This document shows, one piece after another, positions 19,921 to 29,890 of a DNA stretch of 64,000 nucleotides. Position 1 is the first letter of the stretch; every line of letters begins with the position of its first letter. Under the pieces are notes generated by a model. That model was not told the origin of the DNA and ran no database searches. It worked only from the letters and a program-made list of their open reading frames with translations. The DNA is from an uncultured Phycisphaerales bacterium (GTDB lineage Bacteria; Planctomycetota; Phycisphaerae; Tepidisphaerales; Tepidisphaeraceae): positions 256,001 to 320,000 of the forward strand of contig CAVWVQ010000003.1 of NCBI GenBank assembly GCA_963758525.1. Reading direction: 5' to 3'. The position numbers and the translations under genes are program-made.

Positions 19921-20862
19921 TCAATTCGACGCCCGTGTGACCAAATACAGCACCGCCATGCGAACGGCCAGTCCGTTGGTCACCTGCGTCAGGATTCCGC
20001 TCTGCGGGCCGTCGGCGATTTCGGAGCTGATTTCGATTCCGCGATTCATCGGGCCCGGGTGCATCACGAAGGCGCCAGGCTTGCATCTTTTGAACCGTTC
20101 CTGCGTCAGCCCGAAGAAATGCGTGAACTCGCGCACCGAAGGAAACTGGCTGCTTTTGATGCGCTCGAACTGAACGCGCAGCATATTGATGACATCGACC
20201 TCGCCGATGACCGAATCGAGGTCGTGAACCACGCGAGCGCCCATTTGCTCGAACGATTGTGGCACCAGCGTCGGCGGGCCGACGAGAATCACCTCACAGC
20301 CCATCTTCGTGAGTCCCCAGATATTCGATCGCGCAACCCGGCTGTTGATGATGTCGCCAACGATCGCGACGCGGAGGCCGGCAAGTTTGCCGAAGCGTTC
20401 GCGCATGGTGTAGAGATCGAGCAGGCCCTGCGTGGGATGTTCGTGCGCGCCGTCGCCGGCATTGACGACGCTGCAGCCGACGGTGCGGGCCAGCAGAACC
20501 GCGGCGCCGGCGGCGGGATGACGGATGACGATCACATCAACGCCCATCGCTTCGATATTGCGCGCGGTGTCGATGAGCGTTTCCCCTTTGCTGACACTGC
20601 TCCCCTTCTCGGTGAAGTCGATCACGTCGGCCGAGAGACGCGACGCGGCCAGGGAGAAGCTGGTGCGGGTGCGGGTGCTGTCTTCGAAGAAGGTGTTGAC
20701 CACAACCCTCCCGCGCAGCGCCGGCACTTTTTTCACGCTGCGCGTCGAGACTTCCTTGAACGAGTCGGCCGTGTCCAGCACGATGCGGATCTCGTCGGGC
20801 GAGAGCTCCTCCAGCGCCAGCAGATGCTTTTTTGTCCAGAGACCCGCCGAACCCTCGCTCAT
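19921..20862 (-). CDS. pyrB: Aspartate carbamoyltransferase catalytic subunit
   Basis: FFEDSTRTRTSF, NAGDGAHEHPTQ, MHPGPMNRG. Confidence 0.96.
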   Translation of the reverse strand: MSEGSAGLWTKKHLLALEELSPDEIRIVLDTADSFKEVSTRSVKKVPALRGRVVVNTFFEDSTRTRTSFSLAASRLSADVIDFTEKGSSVSKGETLIDTARNIEAMGVDVIVIRHPAAGAAVLLARTVGCSVVNAGDGAHEHPTQGLLDLYTMRERFGKLAGLRVAIVGDIINSRVARSNIWGLTKMGCEVILVGPPTLVPQSFEQMGARVVHDLDSVIGEVDVINMLRVQFERIKSSQFPSVREFTHFFGLTQERFKRCKPGAFVMHPGPMNRGIEISSEIADGPQSGILTQVTNGLAVRMAVLYLVTRASN

Positions 20863-21401
20863 GAGGCCTCCGTCCTGGGTTCCACGACGATCTCGTCGAC
20901 GCCGTCCACTTCGCGCAATCGCACATTGACGCGATGGTCGGGTGGAACGTTTTCGAGCGTGAGGGCGACGAAATCGGACTGGATCGGCAATTCGCGTCCG
21001 CCGCGATCGACCATGACCGCAAGCCGGATCAGCGCCGGCCGGCCGAAATCGATCAGCAGGTTCATCGCCGCCCGGACGGATCGGCCGGTGAAGAGAACGT
21101 CATCCACGAGGAGCAGCGGCTGATCGTCGAGGTCGATTTGCAATTCGGTCGGGCGGACCATCGGGCGCGGGCCCATCGTGGAGATGTCGTCGCGGTAGAG
21201 CGTGACGTCCAGGACTCCCCGGCCCAGCTTGCGATGTCCTCGCTCCGTCAGGGCGGCAGCAATCCGCGCCGCGAGAATTTCACCGCGCGTCCGCACGCCG
21301 ACAACATTGAGGGGTTGATCCGGAGGAAAAGCAGCCGAGACGGAAACGACCAGCCCGTCGATCATCCTGGCCACGTCGGCCTGGTCGTAATAGTTCCGCA
21401 T
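20859..21401 (-). CDS. pyrR: PyrR regulator/uracil phosphoribosyltransferase
   Basis: GVRTRG, LDVTLYRDD, LVDDVLFTGRSVRAA, DRGGRELPI; ATG 21401. Confidence 0.93.
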   Translation of the reverse strand: MRNYYDQADVARMIDGLVVSVSAAFPPDQPLNVVGVRTRGEILAARIAAALTERGHRKLGRGVLDVTLYRDDISTMGPRPMVRPTELQIDLDDQPLLLVDDVLFTGRSVRAAMNLLIDFGRPALIRLAVMVDRGGRELPIQSDFVALTLENVPPDHRVNVRLREVDGVDEIVVEPRTEAS

Positions 21402-21456
21402 GCCGGGACGGAAGCGTACAACGGCCGCGAGGGTTTGCAACTGCGCGACGAAAGAG

Positions 21457-21678
21457 AAGAGCCGCGAAGGCGCGCAGCCGCGAAGCCAGACGCGAAGAAA
21501 TTCCTGCAAATAACGGAGAAGCAATGACACGATAGCAGCATGTTGGGTCGCGTCCGCGAAGGGCAAGCCACCCCTGACGGCATTGGCGGAATAGATCAAT
21601 CGCCCTCCTCATGCTTCTGCCGTCCCCCGCTTCGCGTTTGCCTTCGCGCCTTCGCGCCTTCGCGTCTTCGCGACTCTT
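21457..21678. mobile_element. Empty (non-autonomous) cassette with the same CGCGAAG-array inverted ends
   Basis: AAGAGCCGCGAAG..ACGCGAAG (21457-21497) and inverted copy with one extra octamer (21630-21678); 132-bp interior without a gene. Confidence 0.55.
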
Positions 21679-21689
21679 CGGATTTTTGG

Positions 21690-22616
21690 TTAGTCGGTGC
21701 GGGATGGGACGGCAGTGCCCGCGACTTCGGTCTTGAAGACCGTAATCTCGGGCCGGCACCATTCGAGCACGCGCTGCCCATAGGAAAGCCCGCGGTTCAC
21801 GTACAGGTGCCGGCCGTTGACGGCATAGTACCCGTGCGTGAAGTGGCGGTATTTGTGAGGATAGAATTTTCTTCCGATCCTGCCCGTCGCGACCTGACGA
21901 CCATGCGTGTGACCGCTGAGCATCCACTGCCACGGATACTCCATCAGCTCGTTGCAGTTCACCGGGTTGTGGTTGAGACAGATCACGGGTACGCCCGGGC
22001 CGATCCCTTTGAACGCGATGTCGGGGTCGATGTGGCCCGACCATTCGTCGTCGAGCCCGATGATCGCCAGCGGCTTGCCGCCGTCACGGCTGATCCAGTG
22101 CGTCTGATTACGCAACACAATCAGGCCGCGATCCCGCAAACACTTTTCGAGGTAGTCGGCGCGGCGTTCCCCCTCGGGAGATTCGTTTTTCCCGTAGATG
22201 CTGTAGTCGTGGTTGCCGAAGGTGCAGATCACGCCGCTGGGCGCATGCAGATGCGAAAGGATCGTGGCGACCCGATGCGCATAGCGATACCCGCCGGTGA
22301 TGAGATCACCGGTAATGACGACGACATCGGCATGGAGCTCGTTGACCCACCGAATGTACTGGACAAGGTAGCGGCGCCAGACGACCGGGCTGTAATGCAG
22401 ATCGGAAATCTGAACGATCTTCAGCCCCGACAGATTCGGGTCGAGTCCGTGCAGCGGCATGCGGCGGCGATGGATGTCCACCCAACGGCGATTGAGCGGA
22501 AGCACGTGCACGCCGGTCAACCCGACGCTCGACATGCCGACCCAGATTGCCTTGCGCCAACGGTGCTGTTGGCGCCAGATGGGATTTTTCAGGTATTTGG
22601 CGAGTTCGTCCCACAT
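21690..22616 (-). CDS. Metallophosphoesterase (calcineurin-like)
   Basis: SDLH, TGD, GNHD, HNP, SGHTHG, NRG motifs. Confidence 0.9.
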   Translation of the reverse strand: MWDELAKYLKNPIWRQQHRWRKAIWVGMSSVGLTGVHVLPLNRRWVDIHRRRMPLHGLDPNLSGLKIVQISDLHYSPVVWRRYLVQYIRWVNELHADVVVITGDLITGGYRYAHRVATILSHLHAPSGVICTFGNHDYSIYGKNESPEGERRADYLEKCLRDRGLIVLRNQTHWISRDGGKPLAIIGLDDEWSGHIDPDIAFKGIGPGVPVICLNHNPVNCNELMEYPWQWMLSGHTHGRQVATGRIGRKFYPHKYRHFTHGYYAVNGRHLYVNRGLSYGQRVLEWCRPEITVFKTEVAGTAVPSRTD

Positions 22617-22725
22617 CGCGTACCACGGGCTTCCGAACCCGTGCGAACTGTATCGGGGGGAATTGTTTGCGCCGCAAAAGCCGCCGCGGCGCTTCGCACG
22701 GCCACAAAAAGCGTTTGGGAAAATC

Positions 22726-23037
22726 TTACTCGATCATCATCAGCGCCGCCTCGATTTCGCCCTGGGCATGCGCGTCGCCCTTACGACGGGCGGCATCGAC
22801 TCCGGCGCGATACGCCTGCCGCGCTGAGTCCAAGTCGTCCATCGACTCGTGAATCAGTCCCATCTGGTGATAGGCGTAGCAGTAACCGGCATCGAGGGCG
22901 ATGACGCGCTTCAAAAACTCGAGCGCTTTTCGCGGATCCTGAGCTTTCTTGTACTCCAGCGCGGTGCCGTACAGCAGGAATGTATCGTTGGGCTCCTTCG
23001 CGAGCATCTTCTCGAGTTGGATTAGCCGTTCGCTCAC
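22726..23037 (-). CDS. Small TPR protein
   Basis: PNDTFLLYGTALEY, YCYAYHQMG. Confidence 0.8.
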   Translation of the reverse strand: MSERLIQLEKMLAKEPNDTFLLYGTALEYKKAQDPRKALEFLKRVIALDAGYCYAYHQMGLIHESMDDLDSARQAYRAGVDAARRKGDAHAQGEIEAALMMIE

Positions 23038-23492
23038 GATCCGCTCCTGGTCAGCGCGTCATCGGGGAGATGCAGGTGAGCATCCTGAAGATGCTCGCGA
23101 ATCGTATGCTCCAGCCGTTGCATGAAATGAATGGTCACCAGGGTAGCGATCCGTCGTGACGCATTCGCGAATCGAACAGAGGGCACGACGAGCCTCTGCT
23201 GTCACCCGATGAAGTATACGGCCCTGTAGGCGCGTCAACAATCATCGTTTGGGCGGTGGCGGACCGCGGCGACCGCGTCCGATAATTCTTGCGCCGCATT
23301 TCCCAAACGCATCGCCAAAAATAAACCGCGTTGTTTGGCGTCAACAGCGAAAAGTGCCGATGCAAAAAGGAAACGTCCGCGGCTCTCGCCAGCTTGTTGG
23401 ACGTTTCACCGGACCAACGTGCGTGAACACTCGCTCGCCCGGAGAGATCGCCGCCCTTTGGGCGGCCGCTAAACGATTACTGACTGCCGACG

Positions 23493-24908
23493 ATGCTGCA
23501 AGCCAACACGCCGCCTCATCCGCGATTGCTGATTCTCGATGAGGATCGGATCATTCTGCAGTCGCTTTCGCAATTCCTCAGTCGTGAGGGATATGACGTT
23601 GCGACCACCGATTCCGCGGAAAACGCGTTGGGCATTCTCGAAACCGGCCAGACCGGCCTGCTGCTCGCGGACGTCAACATGCCGGGGGTGAAGCCCGCGG
23701 AATTTCTGCGCGACATCCGTCGGCGGTTCCCGCACGTTGTGGTGATCGTGATCACCAGCTACGGATCGATCGAGGGAGCCGTTGAAGCGACGAAGATGGG
23801 CGCTTTCGACTATCTCACCAAGCCGATCGTCGATGATGAAATCCGCGTGATCGTCGAGAAGGCGGCCCGCCAGCAGGCGCTCCTGTTTGAAAATCAGACG
23901 CTGCGCCGCCAGCTCGATCTGCGCTTCGGGCTGGAGAACGTGGTCGGGCACGACCAGCGCATGCTCAAGATATTCGATCTGGTCGACGCGGTGGCCGACA
24001 GTCGAACGACGGTCCTCATGACCGGAGAAAGCGGAACCGGCAAATCGCTGCTCGCCCGGGCGATTCACCAGCGCTCGCCCCGCCGGGGCAAGCCGTTTGT
24101 GGAAGTGAGCTGCGGCGCGCTGCCGGAGTCGCTGCTTGAAACGGAACTGTTTGGACACGTCAAAGGCGCGTTTACCGGCGCGGTGGGCGACAAGCCGGGC
24201 CGATTTCTGGCGGCTGCCGACGGAACGATCTTCCTGGACGAAATCAACTCCGCGTCGCCGGCGATGCAGCTGAAACTGCTGCGGGTATTGCAGGAGCGAT
24301 GCTTCGAGCCGGTCGGCAGCACCGAGACGCGCAATGTTGACGTGCGTGTGATTCTCGCCACCAACGCGGATCTGACGGCGCTGGTCGCGCAACAGCAGTT
24401 TCGCCAGGATTTGTACTATCGCATCAACGTGCTCAACGTGAAGCTCCCGCCGTTGCGCGACCGGCTCGGCGATATCGAGCTGCTGGCGACGCATTTCCTC
24501 CGCCGATTCTCCCAGGAGTGCGGCCGCGAAATTCTTGGATTCACCGAGGAGGCGCTGGCCGCTCTGCAGCACTACTCATGGCCCGGCAACGTCCGCGAAC
24601 TGGAAAACGCGGTGGAGCGAGCCGTCGTGCTCTGCCGCCGGCCGCGCGTCGACGTCAGCGATCTTCCTGAAACCCTCCAGCCGCTCGTGCCGCCAATCTT
24701 TGCGGCGCCGGACAGCGGCGAAGGATTCTGCTCCGTCGCCATGCCGCTGGAGAAGGCCCTGGAAGTTCCTGAGCGCAAGATCATCGAGGCCGCCCTGCGC
24801 CGCAACGACTGGAACCGCCAGGCGACCGCCGCCGAACTCGATATCAACCGCACGACCCTCTACAAGAAAATGCGGAAGTACCAGCTCGACGTGGGGGAAA
24901 GCAACTGA
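23493..24908 (+). CDS. Sigma54-dependent response regulator (NtrC family)
   Basis: Receiver domain, GESGTGKS, ELFGHVKGAFTGA, WPGNVRELEN, Fis-type HTH. Confidence 0.95.
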   Translation: MLQANTPPHPRLLILDEDRIILQSLSQFLSREGYDVATTDSAENALGILETGQTGLLLADVNMPGVKPAEFLRDIRRRFPHVVVIVITSYGSIEGAVEATKMGAFDYLTKPIVDDEIRVIVEKAARQQALLFENQTLRRQLDLRFGLENVVGHDQRMLKIFDLVDAVADSRTTVLMTGESGTGKSLLARAIHQRSPRRGKPFVEVSCGALPESLLETELFGHVKGAFTGAVGDKPGRFLAAADGTIFLDEINSASPAMQLKLLRVLQERCFEPVGSTETRNVDVRVILATNADLTALVAQQQFRQDLYYRINVLNVKLPPLRDRLGDIELLATHFLRRFSQECGREILGFTEEALAALQHYSWPGNVRELENAVERAVVLCRRPRVDVSDLPETLQPLVPPIFAAPDSGEGFCSVAMPLEKALEVPERKIIEAALRRNDWNRQATAAELDINRTTLYKKMRKYQLDVGESN

Positions 24909-24920
24909 GGACTCGGGAAC

Positions 24921-25004
24921 AAATCCGAATGACGAAACCCCAGGTCATTGAGACATTTCGTCATTCGGACTTGATTCTGATTTCCGGTTTCGTCATTCGG
25001 ATTT
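24921..25004. repeat. 19-bp perfect inverted repeat with internal third copy, between convergent genes (possible terminator)
   Basis: AAATCCGAATGACGAAACC (24921-24939) / GGTTTCGTCATTCGGATTT (24986-25004); TTTCGTCATTCGGA also at 24956-24969. Confidence 0.75.
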
Positions 25005-25019
25005 CCCGCTGAACCGGGC

Positions 25020-25676
25020 TCAGTCCAGCGAAGCCAGCTTCCTCTTGGCGTCGGTCAAATCCGGGTCCAGATCCAGCGCCTTTTCGTACTCCGCCCTGGC
25101 CTGCGGCTTATTGCCGCGCGCCGCGTAGACGGCCGCCAGGTCGTAATGCACCTCGGCTTCGGGAAGGACCACACCGAGCTGTTTGGCGGCTTCAGCCATG
25201 TCCCCCTTGCGGGCGAGCATCAGTCCGTAGTTCACCCGGCAGTTTTCGTCCTGCGGATCCTTCTTGATCGCGCGCTGATAATCCGCCTCGGCGGCGTAGG
25301 TCTTGCCGGCCCACTCCTCGGCATAAGCGAGGTCGCAGTAGGCGACGGCGGATCCGCCTGTGGCCTTGACGTATCGGTTGAACGTATCAATCGCACCGTT
25401 GTAGTTGCGCATCTGAACCTGCAGGCACCCCATGGCATAAAGCGCGCCGAGATGCGTCGGCTTGAGCTTGAGAGCCGCCTTGTATTGTTCGATTGCCAGC
25501 GGATACGCCCCCTTGGCCTCTTCGAGTTGTGCAGCGGCGTACCGCGTGTCGGCGTTGAGAGGCACGTCCTTGATCGGGTCGTCCGGCTGGCCTTCGTTGG
25601 CCAAATGAGTGTTATTGTTGGCGGCACACCCGACCAGCGCCAGCGACAGACTCAGAAAACTCATTGCGTGTTTCAT
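25020..25676 (-). CDS. TPR-repeat lipoprotein
   Basis: Lipobox LVGC; several TPR units. Confidence 0.85.
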   Translation of the reverse strand: MKHAMSFLSLSLALVGCAANNNTHLANEGQPDDPIKDVPLNADTRYAAAQLEEAKGAYPLAIEQYKAALKLKPTHLGALYAMGCLQVQMRNYNGAIDTFNRYVKATGGSAVAYCDLAYAEEWAGKTYAAEADYQRAIKKDPQDENCRVNYGLMLARKGDMAEAAKQLGVVLPEAEVHYDLAAVYAARGNKPQARAEYEKALDLDPDLTDAKRKLASLD

Positions 25677-25742
25677 ATGTGCTCCCGGTTTTGACGACCC
25701 CGTCCTTCTTCCGACTCACCGTTCATCGGCCAAACCGATGTT

Positions 25743-25758
25743 CGCAAATCATCGGCCG
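25743..25758 (-). promoter_or_regulatory. Putative sigma54 -24/-12 promoter
   Basis: Minus strand CGGCCGATGATTTGCG (GG-N10-GC) about 70 nt upstream of the TPR lipoprotein. Confidence 0.4.
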
Positions 25759-25898
25759 TCCCATAAGAGTTTGTGCGAATCGGGCTTGCGCACGCGATTG
25801 AAATGAGTTAACATTCGTGGCATCCGGAGGTAATCTTCACAGTGAGTTTTGCCGAAGGGGCAGCCGACTTTTTTGCATTCCATAGAGGAGACCGCGCC

Positions 25899-26621
25899 AT
25901 GATCAACAATTTGAAATGGTTATTGTCTGCCGCATTGACGGCGGGATTCTGTTCCGCTTCGTTCGCTCAGATCACCGGATCGGTAAAGCTGGATGGCACT
26001 CCGCCGGTCATGAAGCCGATCGACATGGCGAGCAATCCGCAGTGTGCGGCGATGCACAAAGACCCGGTATTCGAGGAATCGGTCGTGGCGGGCGACAAAG
26101 GAGAGTTGGCTAACGTGGTCGTTTTCATCAAGCCGGCGGATGGGACCACCCTCAAGGGGCCGATTCCGACAACCCCCGTCACCATCACGCAGAAGGGGTG
26201 CATGTATCACCCGCACGTCGTAGCCTGCATGGTTGGGCAGGACGTGATATTCACCAGCGACGACGAATTTCTGCACAATGTGCATGGCCTGTGCGTCGAC
26301 AACGATCCGTTCAACTTCGCGCAGTCCAAGCAGCCGGGCGACGCTGCCCCGCAGAAGAAAATGACTTTCGCGACCGCCGAACAGTTCAAGGTCAAATGCG
26401 ACATCCACCCCTGGATGGCCGCCTGGATTGTCGTGCTCGACCATCCGTTCTTCTCGGTAACGGGAGCTGACGGAAAGTTCTCGATCGATACCAAGGGTCT
26501 TGCCGACGGCGACTACACGCTGGATGCCTGGCAGGAGCGATTCGGTGATCAAACCGCCAAAATCACCGTCAAGGACGGGAAGGCAACGTCGGATTTCACT
26601 TTCAAATCTGACGAAAAGTAA
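25899..26621 (+). CDS. Secreted cupredoxin-like/carboxypeptidase-regulatory-domain protein
   Basis: Signal peptide; QKGCMYHPHV, LHNVH, KCDIHPWM copper-type ligands; GAGGAG RBS. Confidence 0.75.
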   Translation: MINNLKWLLSAALTAGFCSASFAQITGSVKLDGTPPVMKPIDMASNPQCAAMHKDPVFEESVVAGDKGELANVVVFIKPADGTTLKGPIPTTPVTITQKGCMYHPHVVACMVGQDVIFTSDDEFLHNVHGLCVDNDPFNFAQSKQPGDAAPQKKMTFATAEQFKVKCDIHPWMAAWIVVLDHPFFSVTGADGKFSIDTKGLADGDYTLDAWQERFGDQTAKITVKDGKATSDFTFKSDEK

Positions 26622-26812
26622 GGCGCGGATTCCGCGGGCGGACTGGGTTCATATTATCTCAGGATTGAGCCCGCGCAGAAAACGGCTGCCTTCGGCAGCC
26701 CGCTAAACGGTGGAGCGCGGCAGGCGCGCTCGATCTGCCCGTTTGGCGGGCCCGCGGAACGGGCCGTTTCCGGTGCGAGATGCGCCGGCCGTGCAGCTGA
26801 GGAGTTTCCGCG

Positions 26813-27997
26813 GTGATTCAGACTCGCGCGCCCAGCGCCTCTCTTTCGTTGTCTTCCGCGACGCCCGCCGAATCCGGCGAGAGGGTTTCATACTTCCGCC
26901 GTCCGGCAGGAAGCGGTGCTTATGATCGTCTGTCGCACGTCCTGGCGGTGCTGACAGCAACGGCAACTTTCCCGCTCATCTTCATGGGCGGTTTGGTCAC
27001 ATCCAACCACGCGGGAATGTCGGTGCCGGACTGGCCAAACAGTTACCACTACAACATGTTTCTCTTCCCGCCCCGGCTGTGGATCGGCGGGATTCTCTAC
27101 GAGCACACGCATCGGCTCATGGGAAGCGTTGTCGGCTTCCTCTCCCTCTGTCTGGCCGCCTGGGCGTGGCGCCACGAACTGCTGATGCGGCCGCGGCTGG
27201 AAAAAACGCAGCGGACAGTGCAATATCTCGCCCTGGCAGTTCTGGGCGCGGTCATTCTCCAAGGCGCGCTGGGCGGATTGCGCGTCGTCCTGGTGAATCT
27301 CGACCTGGCTATCGTTCATGCGTGCGTGGCCCAGGCCTTCTTCTGCCTGGCAACGCTGACTGCGCTGGTCAGCTCCCGATGGTGGTTATCGGCCCCCCGC
27401 CCCACCAACCTGTTTCCAGCCGCCCGGCGGTTTATCCGCTTTGCCGGGATCTGCGTGCTGGCGATTTATCTCCAGCTCATTCTCGGCGCAACCATGCGCC
27501 ATCACGACGCGGGACTGGCAATCCCCGATCTTCCGCTGGCCTACGGCAAGTTCATTCCGCCCATCAATGCCGAGCAACTGCGGCACGCCAACCACCTGCG
27601 CGCCTGGGACCTGGATCTCGATCCGGTCACGCTCGGCCAGGTCTGGCTTCACTTTGCCCATCGCATTGGCGCGCTGCTGCTCACCGTGCTGATCCTGGTG
27701 CTGATTCTGAATGTAATCCGGCATCGTCGCGGCGGACCCCTGCCGGGATTGTCCATCCTTCTGGGGTGTCTGCTGTTCACCCAGTTGACCCTTGGCGTGC
27801 TCACCGTCATCTTCCGCAAACCAGCGGACGTGGCCAGCGCCCACGTGGCCGTGGGAGCACTTGTATTGGTCACTGCTTTTGGGATATTCGTTTGTGCGGT
27901 GCGGCTGTATGCTCCGCCCGGAGCATGGCGCGCCGGCCTGACTTCCAGGCCGTCCCAACAGCCTTCGGCGGATGAATCGGCTCCGGTAACCGGATAA
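26813..27997 (+). CDS. ctaA: Heme A synthase (COX15/CtaA family)
   Basis: GGLVTSNHAGMSVPDWP, EHTHR, QGALGGLRV, HFAHR; start uncertain. Confidence 0.85.
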   Translation: MIQTRAPSASLSLSSATPAESGERVSYFRRPAGSGAYDRLSHVLAVLTATATFPLIFMGGLVTSNHAGMSVPDWPNSYHYNMFLFPPRLWIGGILYEHTHRLMGSVVGFLSLCLAAWAWRHELLMRPRLEKTQRTVQYLALAVLGAVILQGALGGLRVVLVNLDLAIVHACVAQAFFCLATLTALVSSRWWLSAPRPTNLFPAARRFIRFAGICVLAIYLQLILGATMRHHDAGLAIPDLPLAYGKFIPPINAEQLRHANHLRAWDLDLDPVTLGQVWLHFAHRIGALLLTVLILVLILNVIRHRRGGPLPGLSILLGCLLFTQLTLGVLTVIFRKPADVASAHVAVGALVLVTAFGIFVCAVRLYAPPGAWRAGLTSRPSQQPSADESAPVTG

Positions 27998-28008
27998 GGT
28001 GTGAACGT

Positions 28009-28936
28009 ATGGAGAGTGCGACGCTGGTTGCGGAAATGGATGACGTGGCTGCGGCTGCGGTGCAGCCGATCGGCGCGCCGGCGTCGGCCCGTATCGCCGA
28101 TTTCGTCGCGCTGACCAAGCCACGGATGAACTTCCTCGTCGTGGTCACGACCGGTGTCGGCTATTTCATGGCCGCTCGCGGGTCGGGAGAATGGGGCCGG
28201 CTGATCAACACGCTGGTTGGCACCGCCCTTACTGCGGCGGGCGCCAGCGTCCTGAATCAATACTCCGAGCGCGAACTCGATTCGCGAATGGTGCGGACGC
28301 AGGACCGCCCGCTCCCCGCTGGCCGGGTGATGCCGATTGAAGCGTTGATCTGGGGCGTGTTGCTCGCGACGGTCGGGACGCTCGAGCTGCTCCTGTTCGT
28401 CAATCCGCTTACCGCGGCGCTGGCGGCGTTCACGCTCGCCACCTACGTCTTTCTCTACACGCCCCTCAAACGCGTCAGTACCCTCTGCACCATCGTCGGG
28501 GCGGTCCCCGGCGCCGTCCCGATCCTGATGGGGTGGACTGCAGTCCGCTCTTCGCTTTCGCCCGAAGCGATCGCCCTCTTCGGCATCATGTTTCTCTGGC
28601 AAATGCCGCATTTCCTGGCCATCGCAATCCTCTACCGCGAGGACTACGTCGCGGGCGGCTTTAAGATGCTTCCGGTAGTCGATCCCACGCTGCGCACCAC
28701 CGCCGGGCAGATTGTTCTGTACGCCGCGGCGCTGATTCCCGTCAGCCTGCTCCCGACGCTTCTTCAGACGGCCGGCGTCATTTATCTCACCGCCGCGATT
28801 TTTCTGGGGCTCATCTTCGCCGGTTTCGGCGCGCTGCGCCCAGAGCCGTGCTCGCCCGGAAGCGCGTCAGCTCTTTCTCGCGTCGATCGTCTACCTGCCA
28901 TTGCTTCTGCTCGCGATGATGGTCGACAAACTCTGA
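28009..28936 (+). CDS. cyoE: Heme O synthase/protoheme IX farnesyltransferase (frameshift near 28835)
   Basis: LTKPR, D..M.RT..RPLP, YTPLKR, WQMPHF; alternate frame gives ARQLFLASIVYLPLLL..DKL stop at 28936. Confidence 0.9.
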
Positions 28937-28945
28937 CGGTATTCA

Positions 28946-29884
28946 GTGAACGAGCCCATCGTCCAGATTGCCCATTTGACGCATTCTTACGATCAGCGCA
29001 AAGCGCTGGACGATCTGTCGCTCACGGTAAACAGCGGCGAAATCTTCGGGTTTCTCGGGCCGAACGGGTCAGGCAAGACAACGCTGTTCCGCATCCTCGC
29101 GACGCTCATTCCACCCCCCGCCGGGCACGTGAGGATTCTCGGCGTCGATCCCGCCGTCGAGCGGGATTTCGTTCGCGCGCGGCTTGGCGTCGTGTTTCAA
29201 TCTCCCAGTCTCGATAAGCAGCTCACCGCCCGTGAAAACCTGTTGCATCAGGGCCATCTCTACGGACTGCGCGGCGCGGACCTGCGCGGGCGGATCGACC
29301 GCGCCCTCGAAGCCGTCGGCCTGGGCGATCGCGCGGCGGAGCGCGTCGAACGTTTCAGTGGCGGCATGCGGCGGCGCGTCGAAGTCGCCAAGGGACTGCT
29401 GCACCGGCCGCGCGTTCTGCTGCTCGACGAGCCAAGCACCGGCCTCGACCCCGCCGCCCGCATCGACCTGTGGCAGCATCTGCGGCAGATCAACCGCGAC
29501 CAGGGCGTCACCATCCTGGTCACCACGCATTTAATGGAAGAAGCCGACAAATGCGCCCGCCTGGCCGTCATGGCCAGCGGCCGGATGCTGGCGTGCGATA
29601 CCCCCGCGGCTCTGAAAGAACAGATCGGCGGGGATGTGATTACGCTCACGACCCAGCACCTGGCAGAACTCCGCGAGATTCTCCGCGAAAAGCTCGGCGT
29701 TGAGCCGATCGAAGTCGATCAAACCCTTCGCCTGGAGCGGACGCGCGGGCATGAGTTCGTTCCGCAACTCATTGAATCCGCGCCCGGACTGATTGACTCG
29801 GCTTCCGTCGGCAAGCCCACGCTGGAAGATGTCTTCATTCGCCTGACGGGTCATCGCCTGCGCGACGAATCCCCGCCGCAGTGA
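28946..29884 (+). CDS. ABC transporter ATP-binding protein (DrrA-like)
   Basis: GPNGSGKTT, FSGGM, LLLDEP, TTH, PTLEDVF. Confidence 0.92.
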   Translation: MNEPIVQIAHLTHSYDQRKALDDLSLTVNSGEIFGFLGPNGSGKTTLFRILATLIPPPAGHVRILGVDPAVERDFVRARLGVVFQSPSLDKQLTARENLLHQGHLYGLRGADLRGRIDRALEAVGLGDRAAERVERFSGGMRRRVEVAKGLLHRPRVLLLDEPSTGLDPAARIDLWQHLRQINRDQGVTILVTTHLMEEADKCARLAVMASGRMLACDTPAALKEQIGGDVITLTTQHLAELREILREKLGVEPIEVDQTLRLERTRGHEFVPQLIESAPGLIDSASVGKPTLEDVFIRLTGHRLRDESPPQ

Positions 29885-29890
29885 GATTGG

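Noticed and set aside
21402..21690. PyrR attenuator RNA upstream of pyrR
   Set aside because: No PyrR-binding loop consensus or U-tailed terminator seen; the hairpin is explained by the repeat cassette
21540..22904. Long antisense or alternate-frame ORFs (also 10465-11532, 11843-12874, 23469-24572, 41607-42677)
   Set aside because: They shadow well-supported genes, an expected by-product of high GC codon bias
23341..23495. Sigma28-like TCAA/TAAA..GCCGA motifs upstream of the NtrC-type gene
   Set aside because: Spacing is non-canonical and one motif overlaps the start codon; too weak to call
28009..29217. 402-aa CyoE with a novel C-terminal extension
   Set aside because: The extension results from a frameshift; the normal C-terminus is in another frame ending at 28936
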